A stretch of DNA of 64,000 nt from Rhizodiscina lignyota (taxonomy: Eukaryota): positions 1,550,001 through 1,614,000 of the forward strand of contig ML978124.1 in NCBI GenBank assembly GCA_010015805.1. Reading direction: 5' to 3'. The position numbers and the translations under genes are program-made. Each line of letters opens with the position of its first letter. Position 1 is the stretch's first letter. Below the pieces are notes generated by a model. The model ran no database searches. It had not been told where the DNA came from and saw only the letters and a list, made by a program, of their open reading frames with translations. Shown one piece after another: positions 13,122 to 25,165 of the stretch.

Positions 13122-14506
13122 TCGTTAGTGAGGGGATGTGAAGGGGAGGGCAATGGGTGAATGGGTGTATGGGAGATTCGTTCAAGAAGATGCATGCGGA
13201 GCTGGTTCCGAGGACCAATGAGGACGATGAGCGGAGCTGATTGCTAATGAGGAGGCTGCAAAAGCAAAGGCAATGGATGTAGGGGGAAACCCGGAGGTGG
13301 TGACAAAGAGGGTGAATGCCGCTTTTTCTTCTTTTCTTTTTCCCTTTGCATCTGTTATTGATACCACATTGCGCGAGTGTTCTCCGATTTTGGAAACAGA
13401 CGGGAGGGGAGCTGGGCGTAATCTTGGCAACGTTTTTTGCTGGGGAGTGAGTACCACTCATTGCTATGTACTCTTTTTAAGATTTTTCACTCTGCATGGA
13501 GAGGGGCTTGTACTATAGACTTGTTTTCAAATAGGTTGAAAAAAATTCAAAAGTTTGAGTGTCTCAGAACGCCCTATTTTAGCCCTTTGAGCTGTCGTCG
13601 GGTGTCTCTCCACTTTCAATCTTTTTCAAATTGCGGGATGTCATCATCTTGCTTTCACTCCCGAGCATCGGGCCTCGTACGACTTCCGGAGGCATGATCG
13701 GAGGCATGATGCGGGAAGATCCGTAGTAGTGGGATGGGAGATCGTGAAGTAGACGATCCACGAGTCATTGATCATATGCCCTAGCTTAGCCAGGACACGA
13801 TCCAACCCGAATTCGTCACAGCCCACATGGAGTTCGACGCAGCCAAAGTCAACTGTGGAAGGTTCTCTGTGTACTATCACACCACTTCTGCCCCGTCGGT
13901 GTGATGGAACGTGTTTATTTTGACCGCAGCAGGGCCGAATTGCCATCTCGAGCAAGATCTGAGATGTTTCCCGCGGGCTTTATGGCCACGGCGCTTCGCA
14001 GCGTGGGGTCATGTTGGACATTGGCTCCATGGCTTCGGCGTTGGGACCTTCGAGATGTGCCAACATCCGGCACGAAGATATCATGAACCGCCTCCTTCTC
14101 CAATGGCCGTTATCCCATCAAGCACGCTTCGTCCCCCGCTCAGACGTAGCCTGTGGGTATTGTCTGCAGGCGAAGAGATTCAGGAAGGCCGTGGGACAAT
14201 CCACTTGTGCTTCCATAACTCCAGCCTCCTTCAACGGCGGCCAATTGTATACGGCAACAGGCTCGTAGGCTCGAAGTGCGATAGCGGCCCCAGCACGATT
14301 AGAATCGAGAATCCTGCAAGCACACAAGCATAAAGGCTCGTCTACTTCCGTCGATGCTACGATATTTGTAACGCGACAATCGCCGTTTACTGTGTACATG
14401 TAATTAGCGCAGGGTCATGTATTATGTTCGCGTATTACAAGAGACTGTAGACAACCCACTATGAGCGAGTATTCTTGTGTTGAGACTGCAATCGGATATT
14501 GCACTC

Positions 14507-14537
<31 letters not shown>

Positions 14538-14541
14538 CAGG
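14507..14541. repeat. (TCAAGG)5 microsatellite plus one degenerate unit
   Basis: tcaagg x5 followed by tcagg, read directly. Confidence 0.9.
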
Positions 14542-14576
14542 TTGATAATGTTGCGCCGAATCCACTTCTCCGGCAT

Positions 14577-14616
14577 CGACGATTTGCGGCTCCGACGATT
14601 TGCGGCTGCGGCTCCG
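14577..14616. repeat. 16-bp tandem duplication (CGACGATTTGCGGCT[C])x2 plus a partial unit
   Basis: Read directly from the sequence. Confidence 0.85.
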
Positions 14617-17600
14617 TTGAGTCGACGGTACCCTCTCGGGAGCTTCTAGATCTCCATGTCGTACATAGATCCCGCGTTTGTGCATGTGAAGGCAATTCTG
14701 TTACGCTGCCCTCTTTCCGTATGAGAGGATAGTTGGGCTCCATGTGTTCCGTTAGCAGAGGGACAAGCCGAACAACGCAAGCTAAGATTGCCGATGTCAG
14801 GGTTTATGACTACCTCCCGATGGCCCTGCACCAGAATCTCGGATGGATGGAACGAAAGCCCGTAGCAGGCTAGATAGCGGTCCGAATGTGGTGTGGTGTC
14901 GCATGATCAGATCGCAGCCGTCGAGGATATCCTTCGAATGTGACACAGACGAGAGCCGCCGCAACCTGGTTACGGTATAGTCTGTGACACGTTAAAGGGT
15001 AAGCATACACACATGCTGCCGGTCTGAACCGGGCTCCCGAGCCGACCAAAAATAAAATAATAACTTGGGCTGGAAAGTTCTATCACAAGTCAGATATGTT
15101 GCGATTGTTCAATCAGGCAACTCACTAGTAATGTGAGTGCAAAAAATGATTGGCCGAGCTTCGCCGCAATTCGCCACGGACTGTGGTCCGCTACTTAGTG
15201 ACACATGGTGTGGAGATCTGGATTGAATGGAGCAGAAAAAGCAGAAACGAGAATGAGTAATTTGTTACTCACAGTTTTCCAGGGATTTGCTTTAACTGGG
15301 ACACGGACGGGCGGCATCAAGTCCGAAAAGCTGGATTTCCCGATGTGCTGTTTATGGAGAATGCGATTTCCATCCTTCAGATATCCATGAGTAAGGCTAG
15401 ATTCCTGGCGGCATCTCCGGATGCGTGGCTAATGCGTGGGTTTATGCACCTTCGGCGGACCGCTTTCTCAGCCGCATTTGGGCCTGTCCAGAGCTAATGT
15501 AGTTTCGCATGTAGGTCCGAACGCTGCAGCGAGACCCCACGTTGGCGTTGTCTTAACGCACCAGGCCTCGAAGGAATCAACCCACAGTAGTTCGCGGAAC
15601 TAGACTAACGAGTATCTGCTACTGAGCCGTAATGACAAGTATTTTGGTGAGGTTAACGTTTTCCCGCCAATAGTTCCACCAGAGCTCTTGCTCGCCAAAG
15701 TATATGTCTTTCTAGGCAGCTGGAGTGGCGGGAACTCCGAGCGTTCACCGCATAGACGAACTGATCGGGTGACGAGGGGGACGAGGATGACGAGGAAAGA
15801 TAGGCAGCTACTACCTATCAGCTACTCGCGGAGGTTGCGATATGCAGGGTGTTGCACGCGTGGTTACTTGGAACATGTGCCTGGCCTATTGTGTACGGCG
15901 TCACCCCCAGACCGGTGTGTAGTGATGCAACTGAGCACAGATATGCCCAGGAATATAGCCAGTAGCTTTCGGCCGGAAAGGCAGTGATACTACCCGAAGA
16001 CCGGCTAGATATTCCTTCAGTTCAACGTTTGAGCCCTGAAACCGAAGTGGCGATTGAGACACGACATACCGCACAAATCCACCGCACTCGAAGTGAGGGG
16101 CAACTGTACGGTGTGTGACGAACCATACCAAGCCAAATCGAATATTTTAAGAAATCAATAGACTTGCTTGCCAGAGTTACAGAGCGTGGCTGGCGATCTT
16201 TGCATATGCAATGTCTCACAAAGAGCTAAAGATCGTCGGAGTGGAGTGATTCGTCGCGAAGATAGTCCATAACCGAAGGACGACATCCAGAGTCGCTGAG
16301 CTCCGAGATTTTCAGAACCAAAAGAAGGAGATATGCGCAAGTAAAGAGCCGGAATAATCTGAGCGGATGTGTATGAGAGGTCGTGGTTTTTGATTACACT
16401 CTCCGCCACCAACTGGATTTAGTAATGAAACTTGCACTAATCCCTTAACAGTATAAGTTTCGCGGCTTATGTCAGCTTGGCAACCTCAATTCTTCAACGG
16501 TGACTTCGGATACTTGCAATGTAATGTGATCTTCGATTTGATCGAGATCCTTTTCCCGCATCCGCCTCGTGCCTTGGTATTTGCCTTGGTATCATGTGGA
16601 GTTCCACACTTCCGCGGACCCCATTGTGCGTTCAAGCTTGTCCCACGCCTTTGCTGTGGACCTTGTCGGAGGAAGCATGGCCAAGGTTCTCTTTCAGATA
16701 TCGCTTGGGTATATGATTGACGTTAGCCTGGGATCGCTTGTCAACCGATGCCTCTTGCAAGTTTAATTCCCAAATGCGCTAGAGCAACCACATGGCAACC
16801 AACCCCATCTCTGTGAACATCTCTTTCTCACGCACCACTCCTCAATGAACCAGTCTTTCCTCCACTTCAGTCACCCTTTCAGTTTCCTCGAGGCTAATAT
16901 CTTTCTGAAATGTAGACCGCGGCCTAATATCGTCCGTGTGGCGATGCTGGTGACGGGAGTTGGCGGTTGGCTGTGTGCGACGAGATCGGCCGCTTGAACT
17001 GAGCTCGCTCTTGCCTGTGCCGATGCGGGGCAGGAAGACTGATTTGGGTGTATCCCGTGAGCAAAGATTTGCGTCTTTTGCATCACTGTCTTCAGCATGA
17101 TACGCTGGGTACGACGTCGTGGGCTACCGCGCTTCTTTGACTCCCTCGAGCCGTATCACTCAACGATCGCCATGTCGAGTCTTATCTTGATTCGGTATTT
17201 CTGAGCTGAAGCGAGTTCTGAAGATTCGGACCGATTGTGAGAAATGCAGGAGAATGCGTACGAGCGTTTCGAAAGAGATAGTGAAGCGATGAAGTGTGAA
17301 TAACGGCAGCGATGCCTGGATGCCTGCTTCGATACACATTTGTAAGCTATGATGCAAAGAGCGCGTGCGTCCACGAGTAGACCCAGCCTGGGAGTCTTCT
17401 CCGCTCTCAATGTTTTGCCTACCGGAAGAATTTCCAGTAGCGGTGGGTATCTGTTGGTTCAGGCTGTAGATGACTCTCATTTTTGGAGAAGATTTTTCTT
17501 TTGTGTAACGCGAGAGAACAGGAATTTCAAGCCTCTTCTTTAACATACTCCGAGACATTCGCGGCTTCTGGAAGATCCCGTGGGATGGAGCGTTCCGTTA

Positions 17601-18465
17601 ACTGACCAGTGGTTGCTGGTAGTGACGTTATCTCATGCTGTACTCAAGTGGCGGCGGGATGGCCGAAGGAAAGTCTCGATCTCACGATGTTATCGTGAGA
17701 GACACGACGCAGTATATGTGCTCCGAGATTGAGGAGTAGCCATCTGATTGGGTCGGCCGGACTCCACAGGTCAAGAAGTTAGTGGAAGGTCGAGCCTTGA
17801 ATGAGGACTTGGAGGAACATTCATGAGAAAGACAGGCTCACCGTAGTAATCGCATAAAACAATTAGATTAAATACTGTACAGCATGCCGCTATTCTTTCC
17901 GGCATGGATGAATCGGAAGCGTTCTCGAACGAGTGCCCCTTTGAAGTATTGATATCTCCGCCAACTCTGAATTCGGCAGGTCTTTTAGCCGTAGTTCAAT
18001 CCCTTGGACTTTTATGACCGACTTAACAAGTTAAATGGCCCTCAAAACTCGTCGTGTGCTCGGGTTTAACCGTAAGGGCTAACTACCGTCGGACGTTACC
18101 CCTGAAGTACATCGATTGGATGGTTGCTCGCTGCAGTTCGCGTTTGGGTCTGGCCGCACATCTGCATCTCAGCGCTGCCACGTTTAGTGTGCACTAGCCG
18201 TCAAATTGATGAATATTCACCGCCCAGATCCTGCAAGGCACACCAAAGGCGATATTGCACCCACGTCGCTCGGATGAGGCTTTCCATCCCGCTCCGTGTG
18301 ATTGTCTAGGTCTTCTGATGGCTTGTTGAAAGACAGAGTGTTGCTGAATCTAATAAGAGTAGCCGCCGGAAGCGAAAGTTTCTGTTAGCGGTTAGTAGTA
18401 TCTGGTCGCGAGACTCACAGTTAAATCGCTCAGACACAGCTAAATCTGCTCAGACACATCTCAAC

Positions 18466-20983
18466 ATGAACGGAACACCTTTTCTTCCACCCGCGTCTCC
18501 GTCAAGGCGTGCGAGCGACCCAGCATCCTCTAAAGCTTCCAGGTTGATGGATGAATCTACCCGTCGTGATCGCGCCGCGATTGCCGCGCAAGCCTGCGAG
18601 ACTTGCCGGTCACGAAAATCGCGCTGTGATGAAGGTCGACCGAAGTGTGGCTCGTGCCAAAGGTTGGGAATGGAGTGCAAATATCGCGAACCCCAACCGA
18701 CAAAGTGAGCTTCTATCCATACCCGGCGGTCATTAGTGAAGAGATGGTCATTGACACAGTACAAAACCAGAAAGGACAAGAGCTTGGAATACCTGCTCGC
18801 AAAGATGAAAGAGCTCACCCAGAAAGTCGATCGAATGCAGGACCTCGGTAGTAAAATGGATGCCATCGGTCGCAACTTCCTTCCAGGCAATCCTTTGTTC
18901 GAGCCCCGGCCGTCTGACTTCGAAGGGGTTCCGATATCCCCGTCGACGACGAGTAACTCCGGTCCAGTCTCTACGCATAGTGTATATTCGGTTGCCAGCA
19001 GTAGCGTAGCACCAGTTGCAGGAGCGGCGGCGGAGCAGCCACCCATTCCTCAAAGGGTACTTGCGTGGCCAAAGGTGACCAGCCTGTTGATCAGTGCTGG
19101 CTGGGCTGATTTCGAAAATATGCAGGGGTTTCAATTGTTGTGGCAGGGAGCGATACCTCAGTTTCTACAACAGCTCGAGATGAACCAACATCTCAGCCCT
19201 TTACCGAGTGAGCCCAGATGCCATACCCAAGCACACCCCACGTACTATGGAAGAGAAATCATCATAGGGCTATCACCAGAGATGATGAACCAATATGCCG
19301 ATCTCTACTACTCCACGTTAGGGGTAAGGCACCCCCTGCTCAGTCGCGAGGAATTTGATCATGCCATAATGCCAATAGTAGCACAAACTGGATTCGGCTA
19401 CAACGATTGCCTATCCATTACCGCCCTCCTCGTGTTTGCGCTGGGTAAACTATCGTTCGACGGAATGTTTGCCGATCCAGTCAGGCCCGACAGTGGAATA
19501 CGTGGCGGCAGCGTTGCTGTTCCCCCAGGACTTGAATTGTTCAATGAAGCTCGCAAACGTATTGGATTCATTGGGGATCAGTGCGACCTCGAGACTGTCC
19601 GGATGTATCTGTTGTTAGGGTGCGTATACAATATCCGATCTGTCCTCTCCGCTGGATGGTATTGACAAACGGATATAGCTTGTATTACGAGTCCTGCTTC
19701 CGCCACATTGTAAGTGGACTTACGGAGTAGCTTGCCGATGTTGGTAGTTTTGACGCGCTGTCTAGGACTACTGGAGATCCTCGATCAATGCGTCCATCTG
19801 TGCCCAAGCGTTACTCGGATAGTAGGTGTTCGTCCGTTGGCAAGCACGTGTAGGGTCGGAGAGTAACATTATACAGTAACCCGGCTAAACCGTTTAGCAA
19901 TTCGTCGGTGGGAGATTCAGAGCGACTTCTAAGCGCATATTGCAAAGTGTGCAAGGCTATCGAGAAGTATGATCTCCCATTTCCCTGCAATTCCATGTTA
20001 TCAGTCTTCATTAAAACCGCAATAGCTCTTGTCACTTCGTCCTCGGTTTACCCATGACCGCTATTTCCGAGTATGAGGAACTTGTGGCAGCACCTGGTAT
20101 GAACGAGCTCAACGCAAACCCAACTGTGGAGCAACGTCCACTCCAGATGATGGTGGCGTTACTGAACCTACACCGAATCGTTGCTCAGGTTAGGTCTCAT
20201 ACTGTACAATGTAAGTGTTTCCAGACTGTTATTCGGTATGTGGAAGAGGCCGAGAATGACCTTGCCTTCCCTGTGCTGTCTGTCATCCTCGGAAGTGTAG
20301 TGTCTGACGATTCGTTGATGGCAGGGGCATCGATAAACCAAGTAACTGGTGGGAATGACCTACATGCCAGGATACACCGAGAAGTTACCGAAATATCTAA
20401 CTCGCTCGAGTCATGGCGCCGAGGCCTCCCACACGACCTGCACTGGAAGGATGCAGATCGACTTGCAAATCTGGCGCCTTCCGCTGCAGCATCGCAAGGT
20501 ACGCTATCGTATATTCAATCACCTCCCGATCTGCGCTCTTCTGCTATGGCCGAAACTATCCAGATAGCTCATTTTCGCTCATGGTACTATTATGCCCGGC
20601 ATATGATGTTTCGGCCTTTTCTGTTCAAGGCATTGCACAGTCCTGAGTCTATGACAGCGCAGGATTGTTTGCTCGCCGCACACTGTCTCCAGGCCGCATT
20701 GCTCTGGCCAATTGCTATGCAACCATGCGCAAATATGAAGCGAGTTGTTCCAAGTCTGTTCAATTGGACATATAGCTTCGTGGAGCTGCTGTTGATTCTT
20801 CGTACGATTCGCGAGAGTGAGATGCTTGGTTCAATCTGTGACCAGTATCTTGATGCTGGCGAGCTAAGTCAGACGGTATTTGCGCTTCACGACTGGGTGA
20901 AGGATATGAGCCAGGTTGACGGCTTAGCCCGGTGGGCTTCCGAGCTAATGGCGAAGCTCTACCCGGAGCTTTACTTTGCTTGA
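18466..20983 (+). CDS. Zn(II)2Cys6 (GAL4-type) transcription factor with fungal TF middle homology region (multi-exon)
   Basis: Contains ACETCRSRKSRCDEGRPKCGSCQRLGMECKY and a leucine-repeat linker. Several GT-AG introns splice in frame. Downstream motifs include LESWRRGLPHDLHW and YYYARHMMFRPFL. Confidence 0.92.
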
Positions 20984-23900
20984 CGATTACCGTCCGACAA
21001 CCGTAACGCTTCGGCAAGGTGTTCTTGAGGGGCTTTGGGGTGTATCGCAGAATGCTTTGGTTCCGGTATCTCGCATATATGGGTGGTGAGAGCATTTGTC
21101 TGCCTGCTGATGGCGTTAACCTACTATGTGACTTGAAGAGTATGGCATAAGGGAGCGAGAACTCACATGTCTTCGTAACTTTGTTGAGGCTTAGCATATC
21201 GTGCCTTTCCCCGATAGAAGGAAATGAGATTCAACAAGGCTCTACATGAGCAGATAAATGCGGCTAGGTGAACTCGCACATCAGAGGTGAGGAATAAACT
21301 GGAGACACTTATTAGGAGCCTAGACGACCAGAACATCAGTCAAGGGGCAAGATCAGTATCTGAGCAGCTGCCCAACTGCCACTAATGAGACTGCAACTGC
21401 CTTTTAATCATTCGAAGTGGACTATGAAGATCATCGCGGCAACGGAGCGCGCGTCCGGATTGCATGAGGACATGAATCTGCGTGATTGCTGCGGATTTGT
21501 GCACCATGCGCGCGGGAGAAAGACTAGAATGGATCGACATGGGATGGGACCGTGAAGCAGGGAGGAGAAGCGTATTTGAAAAAAGAGTCGCGGTGGACTG
21601 AATGGTAATTACAGTAGTTTCGGTTTAGGGTTAGACGGTTTTTGTCCGTGTGCCAACTTTGGTGAGTCCGCCAACTTCAAGCCCACCCCCTTGCCCGATC
21701 TCCTTACCTTTTTCTTCATTGTGGATGTCTTTTCTTACACTGCTTCAATTGCAATGCCTCGCTCGTCGAAGAGCATTGGAGATGCCACTGATGCCCAACA
21801 TATAGCGCGCCACACTGGAGCCATGTGAGCAACATAAAACTGGTTGCCACCGGATATCCCCGACCTTCGACACTTTTCTTTCCTCTCTTAGAAGACACCA
21901 CAGACACTCCCAGTGAACGCGTCTACCGAGCGCTCCGAACTCGAACTCGTCCCATTCGCGTTCCTTGCGATGATTGATCGACCCTAGCGCGGTTATACAA
22001 AGATCAGCGCTTCGGACGTGCCTGTCTCTAAGATTATCTATCCCCTGCCCAGCATCTCGCACCTTAAAACTACGAAGATGTCCACTTTTCACACGTACAG
22101 TTAGGTTATGCCAGGTGTGATCTCGGCAATCCTAGGTAAACGCGACTCGCTCTGAGGTACAGTGGGAGCATGTCGTCGCTCGAGAGACATACCTGACGTC
22201 TCCTTTCCTCCGGAGCCGCTCGTAAAGAGAGCCGCGGTTCTGCAAGATGCGTCCTTCGAAAGCCGGGCATGGCGCCTCTGACGAGTTTTCGCCGATCAGA
22301 CCTGCACATCCATCCTTGACCGACTTTGAACTGCGTGCAGAATTATTCGCCATGTACCTCCGAAATTCCTCGGAGATGCTCAGATGAGTTCGTGCCATCG
22401 GGTACATCTCAGCGGCTTTCTCAAAAAGCAAAATCTGGAAGGTCTTTCCTCGGACTGCTCTTCTTGTACTGGTAGGGCCAGACGACTGTACCGCCGAGGC
22501 CCTGCAGGGGTAGGAATACTACCTATCGGGTTGAAGAACAGGTCTTCATATACTCCGTATAGCCACGAATAGAGAGCGCCTGCGGCAATGCGCGGCCCAG
22601 TTATCGCCGCAGAGAAATGGACCCTAGATCTCGTCGATCTTCCCCGAATCTTATATACGGGTTTAGCCTGAACGCTGTACGGCCATGGATCTGGGAATCT
22701 TGCCCCTCACGATAGTGAAAATTGTCTTTGTTTTTTCGGAGTCTCTCGGTTCGTCTTCCGACGATTGGAAGCTCTGAGGCTTGGCACTGTCATGAGAAGT
22801 GACAGTTTGATATATGATCGTCAGTTGCAGTCGGGTTCGCCGCACTGACCGCGCTGGCCGCCCTATTCACCTCTCAGATGGAGATTACTCCGAAGAGACA
22901 CCCAGCTCGTGAGCGTCTCAATGAGCGTCTCCTTCTCCACACGGTCTTCCTTCGTCCACGGATGGACTCAACACGTGCTAAGAGACGTAGTCGACAGAAT
23001 ACTGCAGCTGTATACGCAAGGCTGGTGGCTTTCGTTTTCTGATATCCCCGCCAGTCTTCCAAGCAAAGTTCGGCCGGGGTATTTCCATAAAGTCTTCTTC
23101 AATTTCACTACTTTCGTTCCCGTTGGAGAATGCGAAAAGTATGGATCCATATTGTGACTTGTCATTCGCGATGGGGACTCCGAGATGGAACAGCTCTGAA
23201 CTGAAGGCAGGCACGCGACCATTTCCTGTAGACCCAGCCAATGCCGATTGCAGGACTCGTCGCTCTTTCAACACTTCTTCGCGTCTGACCTGCTCCAGTG
23301 GAGCTGTTACTACACTATTTAGTGCAAAATGTAACGCTATGGGGCGACGCGGTTGTCTATATCGCCCTCCTCTTCGGCCATGGATTTGTGCTAGTCGGAC
23401 CGGGTGTCTTAACGGAGGTGATCCTATACGATCACACACGACGCTGCGTGGTTTTTGCCAGTTTCGCTCTATTCTCGAAATAAGCGCAGAAATTGACATC
23501 TAGATGTTTTGATGGAAATGGCTGGGGTATCAGGGAGGAGGCGCGATAATGGTATGCCAGTCTGTTATCCCTTCTGGAGCTTTGAATGTGTCCGTACTAA
23601 CAACTCTGTAGGCCATTGTGGTTCCAAAAGCTGGTGTAGTGAATAACGCGCGCGAACAATGGTCTTGGCGTTATGATGCGGTCGTTGGTGTTATTGTTGA
23701 CGGCATGACGCGCTTTCAATGCCTTTCACACCAGATCTTAGCCAGCAATCTCTCCGTTTTTCATTGCACGCTCACACACAAAACGTCTACGGCCAACATT
23801 GAATTTGATAAACTTTCAAAAGCTGTTCTCCACGTCATCAAGGTAATTCCTACTTCTATATTCTGATCCTCTACAACGAAGGTGTTGACAGCTATTGACG

Positions 23901-24071
23901 CACTTCCCTTTCTCGCACGTTTTACTCACAAGCGATTTGCTAACAGTCTATAGCTCCTTCGAGCCTCTCACAAGATCACCTCAGTAAGCTATCGAACGTA
24001 TCAAATACCTCAAAATCTGCGTCTGACTGTCTATTCAATCAAACAGCCACCTACTCCGCAACAACCACATC

Positions 24072-24410
24072 ATGGCGTCGAACGCCGAACACACGACCTC
24101 TCAAACTGTACGTAAAAAATTCCCACAAAGCTTCAAGCAGTCTTAATACATGTAGTAGCAAGCCACCGAAGAGCCAGGCGCTCAGCTTCGCGCTGAGCTG
24201 GATGCGGAGATGAACAAGCTGCTGGAGCTGGAGGACCGCGTGCTCCAGTTCGGGATTGCCGTCATCGTGGCGAGAGAGGAGGTGCACCAAGAAATGTCGG
24301 CGCACCGGAGGCAGAGGGTGCTGGGGTCAGGGGAGAGGGCCCAGGCCCGGGCTCTGGAGAGGCGTGCGTCTGAAGCACTGGGAGAAGAGGGACGTGGTGG
24401 AGGAGAGTGA
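24072..24410 (+). CDS. Small coiled-coil orphan protein (~95 aa, 2 exons)
   Basis: ATG in ATCATGG context gives MASNAEHTTSQT. The intron GTACGT 24108..24158 TAG is followed by in-frame QATEEPGAQLRAELDAEMNKLLELEDRVLQ...GGGE*. Codon usage is GC3-rich. Confidence 0.55.
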
Positions 24411-25165
24411 GGAAAGAGGGGAAGACGACTTCTTTTGTTGCGTTTGAGATACCCAGTCACACTCTGGACGAGTCCAGTTTTGAAATCAACAAGCCGTTCC
24501 CCTCCGTGCCAATTGACTCTTACGTCGTCCGCCCTATCTACAATTTCTTGCGCACAAGCTAGCAAACCTGTGTCTTTCGAGCCTGCTATAGATGCTCAAC
24601 TCCAAGTTCCAGCGCGTTTGACCAGGCATCCTAGCCTATTTCAACAGCTATTCGCACTTCGTTCAATTCAGCTTCATGTTTATCTCCAACTTTTACGCCG
24701 CGAAGCATAGCCTACGCTACGTCTTCAGACAGAGACACTCGAAGACTATGGCAACTGGCATTGAGAAGAGTGAAAGCAGTTGCCTCAACGACTATTCAAG
24801 TCCTCTCTCAAGGAGATACTATGCAAGAGTGATCTCGGCATTGCACAAAGATTCTAGGCTTATCGAACGCTCATCAAGCACTACGTTCCATTTTAGCGAA
24901 GCTGTGGCACACGGCGTTGACAACGTGTCTGAAGTTGGACAATAGGCAGTACAAGTAAAACTTTCATGTGTATGGTCATATTTCATTGTTGCCATAAGGA
25001 ATTTAGAAGATATCCGTCCATTTGTGCTCTCCTTTGAAGATAGTATGTTACAAGAAAGGTAATTTCGCTCTCAACGCATCAATATGTCCAAATTCAGCTA
25101 CACGTTGTGACACCTCCTTCATCTGTATGCGTGTATCAGTTCATGCACATAGACTTCAGGGCTCT

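Noticed and set aside
21625..21634. TTAGGGTTAG (CTAACCCTAA on minus), resembling a telomerase RNA template or interstitial telomere
   Set aside because: A single 10-mer has roughly a 0.1 chance of appearing in 64 kb over both strands. A kb-scale telomerase RNA on this strand would run into the TF gene after about 640 nt, and no pseudoknot or CR4/5 was recognised.
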